From the NCBI GenBank assembly GCA_963700285.1, contig CAVOXA010000001.1, positions 320,001 through 384,000 of the forward strand: a DNA stretch of 64,000 nucleotides. Direction: 5' to 3'. Source of the stretch: an uncultured Chloroflexia bacterium (lineage in GTDB: Bacteria; Chloroflexota; Anaerolineae; JAAYZQ01). Positions 41,029 to 51,344 of the stretch are shown piece after piece. The notes beneath the pieces were generated by a model. It ran no database searches, was not told the origin of the DNA, and was given only the letters and a program-made list of their open reading frames with translations. How positions within the stretch are numbered: position 1 is the first letter of the stretch; each line of letters begins with the position of its first letter. Made by a program: the position numbers and the translations under genes.

Positions 41029-42471
41029 ATGATTGCACTGCCCCAGAAGGGGAAAACTGCCGAGAACGTTCTGTCGGCCATGGCAGATTTGCGCGAGAAC
41101 GATGCGAGGTGGCGGGAAGGTAGGACGTGGAGCCTGGTCTTTCACGCTGGCGACGAGATCGCAGACCTGCTCAAACAAGCCTACACCATGTTCTTCTCGG
41201 AGAATGGTCTGAATCCCATGGCTTTTCCCAGCCTCAAGAGGTTTGAAGCCGAAGTCGTGGCGATGACGGCGGATCTGTTGGGTGGCGACCAGGAGACGGT
41301 GGGGAACATGACTTCGGGGGGGACCGAGAGCATCCTGATGGCGGTCAAGACTGCCCGCGATTGGGCCCGCGCCAAAAAGCCGAGCGCTGCCGAGCCCGAG
41401 ATGATCTTGCCCGCGACTGCCCATCCAGCCTTTGAAAAGGCGGCCCATTACTTTGATGTCAGGCCGGTGCGTATCCCGGTCAGAGCTGACTTTCGAGCCC
41501 ATGTAGCTGCTGCCAAAGCTGCGGTCTCACCCAATACAATCCTGATGGCAGGCTCTGCTCCCTCCTATCCCCAAGGGGTCATCGATCCCATTGCCGAGCT
41601 GGCCCAGATCGCACAGGAACAAGGGATCCTGTTCCACGTGGATGCCTGTGTAGGGGGTTTTATGCTCCCCTTTGTACGAGATCTGGGCTATCCGGTGCCC
41701 GACTTTGATTTTCGCGTGCCCGGCGTCACCTCCATCTCCGTTGACCTGCACAAGTACGCCTATGCGGCCAAAGGATCGTCCCTGATCCTTTACAGGGATC
41801 CGGCCCTCCGCCGCTATCAGTTTTGTGTGCAGACCGATTGGTCTGGCGGCATCTATGCCTCACCCACGATGACGGGTACCCGGCCGGGTGGTGCCATCGC
41901 GGCCGCCTGGGCCATCATGAATCATCTGGGCAAAGCTGGGTACCTGGCGATAGCCGATACCGTCATGCAGGCAACGACAGAACTCAGGGATGGGGTCACG
42001 GCCATCGCTGGCGTAGAAGTCCTGGGCGACCCGGAGATGAGCATTCTGGCCATCGGCTCCGAGCGACTGAATGTCTATGAGATCGGGGACGAACTGACCC
42101 AGCGTGGTTGGCACCTGGACCGGCAGCAGCATCCGCCCAGCCTGCACTTGACTGTGACCTATGCCCACGCTCCCGTGGTCCCTCATTTCCTTCATGATCT
42201 CAACGAGGCGGTGGACCAGGCCAAGAAGCTGAGCAGAAACAGGTTGGCCAATTCCATTCAAGTAGGGTTGGTGCGAACAGCGGTGAGGTTGTTGCCTGAA
42301 AAGCTGGTGAGTGACCTCGCCGGACGCGCGTCGGCCTTGACGGGAACAGAAGGTGGCCAAATTCCTAGCCGCTCGGCGGCCATGTATGGCATGATGGCCT
42401 CTCTACCCAATCAGGGAGATATTGATGAACTGGTCCTTGACCTGTTGGATCAATTGACCCGGCTGGACTGA
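41029..42471 (+). CDS. PLP-dependent sphingosine-1-phosphate lyase-like protein (group II decarboxylase fold)
   Basis: TSGGTESI, AHPAFEKA, HVDACVGG, SVDLHKY, GIYASPT..GTRPG. Confidence 0.8.
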   Translation: MIALPQKGKTAENVLSAMADLRENDARWREGRTWSLVFHAGDEIADLLKQAYTMFFSENGLNPMAFPSLKRFEAEVVAMTADLLGGDQETVGNMTSGGTESILMAVKTARDWARAKKPSAAEPEMILPATAHPAFEKAAHYFDVRPVRIPVRADFRAHVAAAKAAVSPNTILMAGSAPSYPQGVIDPIAELAQIAQEQGILFHVDACVGGFMLPFVRDLGYPVPDFDFRVPGVTSISVDLHKYAYAAKGSSLILYRDPALRRYQFCVQTDWSGGIYASPTMTGTRPGGAIAAAWAIMNHLGKAGYLAIADTVMQATTELRDGVTAIAGVEVLGDPEMSILAIGSERLNVYEIGDELTQRGWHLDRQQHPPSLHLTVTYAHAPVVPHFLHDLNEAVDQAKKLSRNRLANSIQVGLVRTAVRLLPEKLVSDLAGRASALTGTEGGQIPSRSAAMYGMMASLPNQGDIDELVLDLLDQLTRLD

Positions 42472-42532
42472 TTGACTTGGCCGCTAGGCTTGATCCCATC
42501 TCGAGTCCGTGCTGCACGGCGAGGGAGTGCCT

Positions 42533-43741
42533 GTGAGAACCATGGTCCTGGACGTCTCGACTTCAAAGATCCTGCTCACCCGGCTCCTGGGGCGTGTCTC
42601 CAGGGGGGCCTACTTTGGACCAACTTCGCCTCTGCGCCTGGTGACCCTGGCGGACCCGCCGCTGCCTGCGCAGGATTGGGTGCGCGTGCAGAACCGGTTG
42701 TGCGGCATCTGTGGCAGCGATCTCCACCAGCTCTTTGTCGATGCGAGCCTGGATGTAGCACCGGTAGCGCTACCCAGCCATCATCGCATCTACCTGGGCC
42801 ACGAGATGGTTGGTGAGATCGTGGAGACCGGCGATGCAGTCGAGGGTTTCGAGATGGGAGATAGGGTGGTACGTTGGGGCCGGGCCGACGACTGTCGGGC
42901 CCGTGGTCGCAAAGAGCTCTGTCCTGCCTGCGCCCGTGGGCATCGCGTGCTGTGCCAGTTCGCCTCCGAGCCGAAGGAACACCGGCCCATCGGCGGCGGC
43001 TTTGGTGATACCTTTATCACACCGGCCAGCACACTCCTGCCTGTCGTGGATGGTCTGACCGACGAACAGGCCATTTTCACGGAACCGGTGGCGGTGGCCA
43101 TCCACGCTGCCTGGCGGCGCCCGCCGGATGCTGGATGACCAGGTGCTGGTCCTGGGCTGCGGCACAATCGGGTTCCTGCTGATCCAGGTACTGCGGATCC
43201 TGCAGCCTGCTTGTGAGATTACGGCCCTGGCCCAGTTCCCATGGCAGGCAGAGATGGCCCAGGACTTGGGTGTGGCGCACGTTTTTCTGGCGAGCGACGA
43301 TGGCTTTGCCGAGGCGGCTCGCCTGACCGGCGCTCAGGTCGTACGAGGGGTGGGCTGGCAACAGGATGCTTTTGGGCGGCTTTGACCTGGTCTTATGATG
43401 TGGTCGGAACGTCCGGTACCCTGAACAATGCGCTGCGCTGGACGCGGGCTGGGGGAACGGTGGTTCTCGTTGGCGTGAACCTCCACCGTATGAAGCTGGA
43501 CGTCACGCCGGTCTGGTACCAGGAGGTGGATCTGATCGGCGCCGTGGGGCACGATGTCGTGACATGGGAAGGCGAGAGCATCTCTACCTTTGAGCTGGCG
43601 ATGCGTTGGCTACAAACAGGAGACGTGCTCTGCGAAAAGTTGCTGACACATCGCTTCTCCCTGGATGCCTACCCGCGGGCTTTTGGCGTTGCGATGGATA
43701 AAGCCAGGTGCCGCTCGATCAAGGTGGCGTTTGAGATGTGA
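42533..43741 (+). CDS. Zinc-binding (MDR) dehydrogenase with three apparent +1 frameshifts (~43136, ~43356, ~43393)
   Basis: CGICGSD, GHE, EP.AVA.H, GCGTIG, YDVVG, THRF pieces across frames. Confidence 0.75.
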
Positions 43742-43831
43742 GACCAGCCTACAGATACCAGGGATGGAGCCGGTTTAACACAGGTCAATATCTCCAACAC
43801 CCAGTATCCGATCTCTCTGCAGGAGGAGAAC

Positions 43832-45182
43832 ATGGCAACATCAATGCTGGCAGTACCGTCGACCCGGCGCGAGCGCTGGGCCTGGTATCTGTATGATTTT
43901 GGCAATTCGGCCTACGCTTCCGTCGTCCTGTTGGCGGTCTATTCGGCCTACTTTCAGGGGCAGGTCGTCGGCGGGGCTGAGGGCACCCGGCAATGGGGAA
44001 GGGCCGTCTTCTTTGCCATGCTGATCGTGGCCCTGAGTGCGCCGGTATTGGGGGCGATCGCTGACTTTTCCGGGACCAAGAAGCGTTTTCTCCTTTTCTT
44101 CACAGCCATGGCCTGCATCTTTACGGCCAGCCTCTTTTTTGCCAAACCAGGCTATGTGCTGCTCGGTACGGGCTTTTTCATTCTGGCCGAGATTGGCTAT
44201 CGCAGCGCCCAGGTGTTCTACAACGGCCTGCTACCCGAGATCGCGACGCAGGAGGAAGTGGGGCGCGTTTCGGGCTATGGCTGGGCCATCGGTACAGCCG
44301 GCGGCATCGTCTGTCTGCTGCTCATCCTGCCGCTCATCGTGCTATTCGGCGACAAGCTTGCGGATGATACCCTCATCGTCCGCCTGTCGATGGTCATTAC
44401 GGCTGTCTTTTTCGCCGTCTCTGCCGTGCCCATCTTTCTCTGGCTGCAGGAGCGGGCCGAGCCACGAGTGCTGCCCCCTGGCGAGAACTATTTGAGTGTC
44501 GCCTTCAAGCGGTTATGGCAGACCATCAAGAACGTGGGCCATTACAAAGAGTTTGTCAAGTTCATCATCGCCTTTCTGATCTATAATGACGGCATCATCA
44601 TGGCCCTGGACTTTGCGGCCATCATTGGCGCGGTGCTCTTCGGGATGGATCAGCAAATGCTCATTGTTTTTGTCATTGTGGTCCAAATAACGAATGTCAT
44701 CGGTGCCTTTGTTTTTGGGTACCTGGTGGACCGCATCGGGGGTAAGCCATCCCTTATCGCATCGCTCCTGCTGATGATCGTCGTTGTGATCTGGCTGTTC
44801 CTTAACCAGACGCAGATCCGGGTTCTTCCTCATCGGGGCCGTGGCTGGCTTTGCTATGGCCGGGGCGCAGTCGGTCAGCCGGACGATGGTCGCCATGTTT
44901 GCTCCGCCTGGGCAGAGTGCAGAGTTCTATGGCTTTTTTGCTTTTGCCGGACGGACCTCGTCCTTCATCGGTCCTTTGGTCTATGGCACACTCGCCGCCG
45001 AGGCTGCACTCTGGTTCCAGGCTCGAGGCCAGGACGTTGTGCTGGCCGAAGAGTCAGGGCAACGGTTGGCGATCCTCTCCATTGGCGTGTTTATTCTCTT
45101 GGGTTTAATCGTTTTGGGGTTTGTTGACGAGGGAAAGGCACGCAAGGCGGCACTAGCAGATGTTCCAGATCGTACCACATAG
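43832..45182 (+). CDS. MFS transporter (UMF1/BtlA-like); +1 frameshift near 44819
   Basis: WYLYDFGNS, GAIAD, YNDG; C-part QSVSRT...EFYGF...GPL is in another frame. Confidence 0.85.
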
Positions 45183-45200
45183 GAGGCAATACCAAATATC

Positions 45201-46109
45201 ATGGTTTCTCAAATTGACCTGACGAGATGCGGTCCCCGTTTTTCGCGCCTGGCGCTGGGGTTGTGGCGCCTGGCAGATTGGCATATGGATGATGGCCAGC
45301 TTTTGGATCTGATCCATGCCTGCCTGGAGGTAGGGATCACCACCTTTGACCATGCTGACATCTATGGTAACTATGCCTGCGAGGAGCTCTTTGGCCGGGC
45401 TTTGCTCCAGAGTCCCTCCCTGCGGGAAGAAATGCAGATAGTGACCAAGTGTGGCATCATGCTGGTGTCGGACAGGCGACCCAAGCATGGCTTCAAGCAT
45501 TACGATACGAGCCGGGAGCACATCATCGCTTCGGTCGAGAACTCGCTGCGGATGCTGGGGACGGACCGGATCGACCTCCTTTTGATCCATCGTCCCGATC
45601 TGCTCATGGACCCCGACGAGGTCGCCCGGGCGTTCACCGCCTTGAGGGAAGCGGGCAAGGTGCTGTATTTTGGCGTCTCGAACTTTACGCCATCGCAGTT
45701 TGATCTTCTCGCCTCACGGCTCGATTTCCCTTTGGTCACCAACCAGATCGAGCTGTCGGTCCTGAATATGGAGGTGCTGCACGATGGCACGGTCGATCAA
45801 TGCCAGAAATTGGGCGTCTCTCCCATGGCTTGGTCGCCACTGGCTGAGGGGCGTCTCTTTCGGGATGACACAGAGCAAGCCCAGCGGCTGCGCGGGGCGC
45901 TCGCCACGATTGGCGAGCAGTTGGGTGGGGCGTCGATGGATCAGGTCGCGCTGGCCTGGATCCTGCGGCATCCGGCCATGATCGTGCCTGTCCTGGGTAC
46001 GGGTAAGGTCGAAAGAGTGCAGAGTGCTGCCGATGCTGAATCGCTGGTCCTGACCCGCGAGCAGTGGTTCACGATCTGGAGTGCGTCGAAGGGGGTTCCG
46101 GTTCCCTGA
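45201..46109 (+). CDS. Aldo/keto reductase (YdhF/YcsN-like)
   Basis: FDHADIYG, TKCG, LIHRPD, GVSNF, AWSPL. Confidence 0.9.
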   Translation: MVSQIDLTRCGPRFSRLALGLWRLADWHMDDGQLLDLIHACLEVGITTFDHADIYGNYACEELFGRALLQSPSLREEMQIVTKCGIMLVSDRRPKHGFKHYDTSREHIIASVENSLRMLGTDRIDLLLIHRPDLLMDPDEVARAFTALREAGKVLYFGVSNFTPSQFDLLASRLDFPLVTNQIELSVLNMEVLHDGTVDQCQKLGVSPMAWSPLAEGRLFRDDTEQAQRLRGALATIGEQLGGASMDQVALAWILRHPAMIVPVLGTGKVERVQSAADAESLVLTREQWFTIWSASKGVPVP

Positions 46110-46264
46110 GAAGAAACACGGCGCGAGTTTCTGAGAAGAGCGGATGGGCAGGATTGGCGGATTCGGGCATCGCTGGGTACAGTGAGGCATTTTTGGGTCG
46201 CCCTTTGTCGCGGCGGCCGTATGGTGATTCTGGACATTGAGCAAAGAGAGGTGGAGGGTATCGC

Positions 46265-47977
46265 ATGGCGGAAATGACCGGTGGTGAGTTGTTGCTCAAG
46301 TGCCTGAAGGAAGAAGGCGTGACCGTGCTGTTCGGTATTTTGGATGGCAGTTTTAACCCCTTCTTGGCCAAGCTGGACGACTATGGCATGCGTTTTGTCA
46401 ATTCCCGCCATGAGGCGGCGGCGGCGCACATGGCCGAGGCTTGGTCCCGAATCCGGGGAGAGCCAGCTGTTGTCATCAGCGGCATCGGCCCCGGCGCAGC
46501 CAATATGGTTTCGGGCATCATCACCGCTTATGCCGAGGGCAGCCCGCTGGTTGCCATCAGCAGCCAGAGACGGCGCAATATCATCTATCCTGATCGCGGA
46601 GGCGCGTTCCAGAACGTAGACCTGCTGGGCTTGTACGGTCCGGTGACCAAGTGGAGCGCCAGCGTGCGTCAATGGCGCCGCCTGCCCGAGCTGATCCGCC
46701 GAGCCTATCGGGAAGCCACCACCGGCCGTCCGGGTCCGGTCTATCTGGAGATTCCAGAGGACATCATGCGGGCCAGCGGCAACCCTGAGAAAGTGGAGGT
46801 TTGGCCGCGTTCGGGGTACAGGGCGGGCAGGCCCGGCGCGGGCGATCCGGCGTTGGTGGACCGAGCTGCTGATATGCTGGCCGCGGCCGAGCGTCCCCTG
46901 CTGCACGCGGGGGCGGGGGTTTCGTGGGCCGGGGCCTGGGACGAGTTTCTTGCCGTGGCTGACTACCTGGCGGCGGCGATGACCACCAGCCTCAGTGCGC
47001 GCGGTGTCGTTCCCGAAGACCACCCTCGCTACTACCACGCGCTGAACCGGGAGGCGCTGGAAGCCGCCCGTACGGAGGCCGACGTCGTGCTCGTCGTGGG
47101 CGGGCGCCTGGGCGAATTGGATGGTTGGGGACGAGCGCCGTCGTGGGGCGATGCGTCCCAGCAAAAGACCATCCACGTGGACCTGGATCCGGCCTCCATC
47201 GGCCTGAATCGCCCTGTAGACGTGGGTATCGTGGGTGATGCCAAGGATGTCTTGGGCGCTTTGTTGGCGGCCGTGAAGCAGTGTACGGTACCGAAAGATG
47301 AACACGCGGGCTTTGAGAGATACGCGGTGCTCACCCAGGCGTGGCGGGATCAACTCGAGATGGCACTCCAGGCGGGCGAGGGCGAGATCAACCCCGGCCG
47401 GTTGGTGCAGGTTGTTCGGGGCTTTTTCCCGCGCGATGCGATCACAGTCATGGATGGAGGCAATACCAGCCTGTGGAGTGCCAGCTACAATCCCATCCTG
47501 GCGCCACGCAGCTACCTCTATACGGCCAAGTTCGGGCACCTAGGTACTGGGCTGCCCTATGCCATCGGGGCCAAGCTGGCAGCTCCAGACCGGCCGGTCT
47601 ATCTGATCTCCGGGGATGGGGCCATTGGTTTCAATATCCAGGAACTGGAGACGGCGCGACGCTACGGTGCGGCGATCACCGTGGTCGTCGCCTGCGACCG
47701 GGGCTGGGGGATGGAGCGCTCATCGCAGATGTTTGCCCAGATTGATGGCTTGGTAGAGTGCGACCTCTACCCCGAGACGCGCTACGATCGGATTGCCGAG
47801 GCCATTGGTTGCCACGGGGAACTGGTAGAAAAGATCGATGAGCTGCGCCCCGCCCTGGAACGTGCCGCGGCTTCGGGCAAACCAGCCTTGATCCAGGCGA
47901 TGGTCGATCCGATGAACAACCTGGCGCCTCCGGGCATCCTGGTGTTCACTTCGATGGTCTATCGGGCAGAGGATTAG
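46265..47977 (+). CDS. Thiamine pyrophosphate-dependent enzyme (IlvB-like / 2-hydroxyacyl-CoA lyase-like)
   Basis: RHEAAA, GPGAAN, GPVYLEIP, GHLGTG, SGDGAIGF. Confidence 0.85.
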   Translation: MAEMTGGELLLKCLKEEGVTVLFGILDGSFNPFLAKLDDYGMRFVNSRHEAAAAHMAEAWSRIRGEPAVVISGIGPGAANMVSGIITAYAEGSPLVAISSQRRRNIIYPDRGGAFQNVDLLGLYGPVTKWSASVRQWRRLPELIRRAYREATTGRPGPVYLEIPEDIMRASGNPEKVEVWPRSGYRAGRPGAGDPALVDRAADMLAAAERPLLHAGAGVSWAGAWDEFLAVADYLAAAMTTSLSARGVVPEDHPRYYHALNREALEAARTEADVVLVVGGRLGELDGWGRAPSWGDASQQKTIHVDLDPASIGLNRPVDVGIVGDAKDVLGALLAAVKQCTVPKDEHAGFERYAVLTQAWRDQLEMALQAGEGEINPGRLVQVVRGFFPRDAITVMDGGNTSLWSASYNPILAPRSYLYTAKFGHLGTGLPYAIGAKLAAPDRPVYLISGDGAIGFNIQELETARRYGAAITVVVACDRGWGMERSSQMFAQIDGLVECDLYPETRYDRIAEAIGCHGELVEKIDELRPALERAAASGKPALIQAMVDPMNNLAPPGILVFTSMVYRAED

Positions 47978-48025
47978 GGGATTGGGGAGCGGGGAAACCA
48001 GGAGTCGGAGGGTCTAGGGGGAGAG

Positions 48026-48858
48026 ATGGAGCTTGGGCTAAGAGACAAGGTAGCGGTTGTCACGGGTGCGGGGCGCAAGGGGGGCATTGGAGCGGCGGTT
48101 GGGCTGGAGCTGGCTCGGAATGGGGCTCACGTGGTCGTGAGTGATATCTGTGCGCCGCCGACGGAACTGCCCCATGCTGGTTGCGGTGAGTGGACGGAGC
48201 TGGTCGCTGTCGCCGAGGAGATCGAGCTCTAGGTGTGAAGGGGCTGCCTGTGCGCGTGGATGTGACCGACGCTGATTCGGTCCAGGCGATGGTGGCGGAG
48301 ACCAGGAAGAGCTTTGGCCGGCTGGACATCTTGGTGAACAACGCGGGTGTGGCCATCGGTCCGGCGCCGGTGGTCCAGATGGCCGAAGAGGCATGGCGGC
48401 GTACCCTGGAGATCAATGCCACGGGCACCTTTCTGTGCAGCCAAGCCATGCTGCCGCTGATGATCGAGGGTAGACAGGGGGGGCGCATCATCAACATGTC
48501 CTCCCTGGCCGCCGAGCGACCCAAGCCCTACGTCTCGGCCTACGCGGCCAGCAAGGCGGCCGTCGTGGCCCTCACCCGCTCGCTGGCCCAGGAAGTAGCC
48601 GAGTTCGGGATCACCGTCAACGCGGTCCTACCTGGTGACGTAGACACGGCGCTGAAGCAGTGGGGTTTGCAGCTCGAGGCACTGGTTACCCAGCAGGACT
48701 ATGACCAGGTTATGGCCGCGGCCGTGGCCAAGGTACCGCTGGGGCGCTTTGCGACGCCGGCGGACGTGGCCTACCTGGTGGCCTACCTGGCGTCGGATCG
48801 GGCCAGTTTCATCACGGGCCAGGCTTACAATCTTACTGGGGGTAGGGAGTTAACATAG
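48026..48858 (+). CDS. SDR oxidoreductase; -1 frameshift near 48226
   Basis: VTGAG...GIG in one frame; VNNAG and YAASK in the next. Confidence 0.8.
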
Positions 48859-48895
48859 GTTTGGATTATCGCCTGTTGTTCCCCTCTTTTGTGGC

Positions 48896-49651
48896 TCACT
48901 GGGCTACATAGCCGCCGTCCACCACCAGGGCATGCCCGGTCACATACGACGCTGCGTCGCTACACAGCCAAACTACTGCCTCTGCCACCTCTTCTGGTGC
49001 CCCTGGTCGCCCGATCGGTTCCTTGGACACGACTCGTTCTCGCCGCACAGGATCGCCGAGCGTGTTTGCTGTCATGGGAGTGTGGATCAGGCCGGGGCAT
49101 ACCTCATTCACGCGAATCCCTTCTCTTGCATAGTCCAGCGCCCCTGCCTTGGTCAGGCCGCTGACCCCGTGCTTGCTGGCAACATAGGGCGCTTCGCCGG
49201 TCATGCCAACCACCCCCCATATGGAAGACATGTTGACGATGGCCCCGCTGCCTTGCTCGAGCATCTGGATCAACTCGTATTTCATACACAGCCAGACGCC
49301 CTTGAGGTTGATGCCCAGGAGTCGATCCCACTCTTCTTCAGAGACCATGTGCACGCGACCTTCTATCGAAATGCCGGCATTGTTGAACGCCGCATCCAGC
49401 CGGCCGTAGACCTGGGCGGCTCGGTTGACCAGTGCTTCCACCTCAGTTGCCTGGGCCACGTCGGTTCTCACAAAGATGGCTTCTCCGCCCCCGTCCTCGA
49501 TCAGGCGAACCGTCCCTTCACCTCCCGCGACGTTTACATCGGCGATGACGACCTTTGCGCCCTCGGCCGCGAATCTGAGCGCCGTGGCCCGACCTATCCC
49601 TGAGCTGCCGCCTGTTACCAAAGCGACCCTGCCCTCCAATTGACCTGTCAC
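48896..49651 (-). CDS. SDR oxidoreductase
   Basis: TGGSSGIG, FNNAG, YVASKHG, VDGG; GTG start at 49651. Confidence 0.9.
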   Translation of the reverse strand: MTGQLEGRVALVTGGSSGIGRATALRFAAEGAKVVIADVNVAGGEGTVRLIEDGGGEAIFVRTDVAQATEVEALVNRAAQVYGRLDAAFNNAGISIEGRVHMVSEEEWDRLLGINLKGVWLCMKYELIQMLEQGSGAIVNMSSIWGVVGMTGEAPYVASKHGVSGLTKAGALDYAREGIRVNEVCPGLIHTPMTANTLGDPVRRERVVSKEPIGRPGAPEEVAEAVVWLCSDAASYVTGHALVVDGGYVAQ

Positions 49652-49857
49652 TTGTAGCCTTCTCCTTTCTATCCTTCTGCACGCCCTCGCCTCTCCGCAA
49701 AGATCGCGGGTTCGCTGGCCACGGCAAGGGCGTTCACGCTGCTCTTTCCATCGTATGGTTTCCCTGGTGGGTTCCATGCATTGTACTCGCGTATGGCGTG
49801 CAATGCAAGTGCCCAATCTTCCAGCTGTTCCGGCCCTGATCACTTGCCGATTTCCCC

Positions 49858-49905
49858 TTGACAAATGAACAGCTATCTGATAGAATATGAACCGGGAGTT
49901 CATAT
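49858..49905 (+). promoter_or_regulatory. Sigma70 promoter and palindromic TetR operator
   Basis: TTGACA (49858-49863)-N17-TAGAAT (49881-49886); ATATGAAC-N5-GTTCATAT at 49885-49905; extra half-site ATGAAC in the spacer. Confidence 0.8.
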
Positions 49906-50631
49906 ATGATAGAACTGTCAGAGTGGACGCGTATCCATGCCTACATCCTCCACTTCGAAGAGGAGGGTTTGGTAACCCGTACCTTCCGGCGGCTGGACCC
50001 GGGGCGGCAGCAGGTGATCCTCAGCGCCATCGTCGAGGAGGCTGTAGAAAAGGGCCCAACGGCAGTCAGCGTCAAGCGGGTCGCCGCGCGGGCGGGGGTT
50101 TCGGTCGGCGCCTTGTACACCTATTTCCCCGACCGGGACGCCATGCTGGCCTTTGCCGTCCAGGTCTGTGCGCGTTTTGTGGTTGGGGCCTTTGAAGAGT
50201 TCCGGCCCTACCTGGCGGCTCTCCCGCTGCGCGAAGCGCTGGCCATGTACCTAGCCGGCGGCATCGAGTGGAGCCGCTACTACAACGACCTGGTGCGTCT
50301 CTTTGCCCGGGCTGCCTATCACGGCGATCCAGAGTTGGACGAACAACTCGTCCGTCCTGTATCTGACAAGATGCGGGAGATGGTTCATGATATCCTAAGC
50401 CAGGCCGCTGAGCGAGGTGAGATCCGGGAGGATGTGGATCTGGAGGCCGCCACGCGCATCGTCCACACGTTGATGATCGCCGTCGGGGACAGCCAGCTGC
50501 TGCCCTATCTCAACACCTACTTCCAGGTGACGGATGAGGATATGCCACCAGATCGAGCATTGGCGTCATTGATTTCACTCGTCCTGGATGGCATTGGCGG
50601 AGAAGGATCACGGGGGCACTCTGATGGATGA
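49906..50631 (+). CDS. TetR/AcrR family regulator
   Basis: HTH SVKRVAARAGVSVGALYTYF. Confidence 0.9.
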   Translation: MIELSEWTRIHAYILHFEEEGLVTRTFRRLDPGRQQVILSAIVEEAVEKGPTAVSVKRVAARAGVSVGALYTYFPDRDAMLAFAVQVCARFVVGAFEEFRPYLAALPLREALAMYLAGGIEWSRYYNDLVRLFARAAYHGDPELDEQLVRPVSDKMREMVHDILSQAAERGEIREDVDLEAATRIVHTLMIAVGDSQLLPYLNTYFQVTDEDMPPDRALASLISLVLDGIGGEGSRGHSDG

Positions 50632-50676
50632 GACTCTCTCTGCCCAATAGACAGCGTGTGTTCGCGAGGTAGACCT

Positions 50677-51093
50677 ATGCGAGTTCTTGCATATCTTGCG
50701 GCTGTGCTGATGCTCTTGCTTGCTGCTTCTGTCGTGTTCCGGAGGGTACGCCGTGACTACTTGGATCGTGGCAAGCTGACCGGTTGGACTTTGGCCTTGC
50801 AGTTGGCCCTTTTCATCTTCTATGGACTGCTCGTACAATGGGGGCTCATTGAAGTGGGCTAGCTCAGGTGGCATGCTACTGGCCTGTCCCTCATCTTGGG
50901 CCTCGTAAGTGGGGCTGGAGGGATCGCAATCCTGATTGCTGCGCTCGGTGTGTTCGCCTCCTTGCGGCGCATGGTTGGTCGGGAGGTGACTGACTTGAAA
51001 CAGTTGGGCGTGTACTCCTGGACGCGGGATCCCCAAGCGCGAGTCGCGGTGAAAAAGACACTGCATGCCTCATCTGAGAGGAGAATGAAGTGA
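50677..51093 (+). pseudogene. Membrane methyltransferase (PEMT/ICMT-like) remnant
   Basis: In-frame TAG at 50860; GVYSWTRDPQ resembles GxYxxxR(N/H)PxY, after which the expected membrane helices are missing. Confidence 0.55.
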
Positions 51094-51095
51094 GC

Positions 51096-51330
51096 GTGTG
51101 GGAAGCACTGTTCTGGATCTACCTGGTCAACGCGATCCTGTTGATCAGTCACGAGATAGACTCGGCATATGAGCCTGGGCGGCCTCTTTGCCTTTGGCAT
51201 CCATACCTACTTTCTTCGCTAGGGTCGGGATGAGTTCAAGGCCCCCATGTCACAGTTCATCCTCGTCGCCACCCTCGTCTTGTCGCTAATGCAGGCCGCG
51301 CTGACCGTGGATTTCCTCTTGCAGATCTGA
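51096..51330 (+). pseudogene. Small membrane protein remnant (HEIDSAY family) with internal deletion and stop
   Basis: WIYLVNAILLISHEIDSAY, then a jump to another frame GGLFAFGIHTYFLR*GRDEF... Confidence 0.5.
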
Positions 51331-51344
51331 AAGGAGAGTCGGAA

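Noticed and set aside
50860-50862. In-frame TAG as a pyrrolysine/readthrough codon
   Set aside because: The gene is also truncated downstream, its neighbour is a remnant, and there are no pyl genes here. A TGG>TAG nonsense change is simpler.
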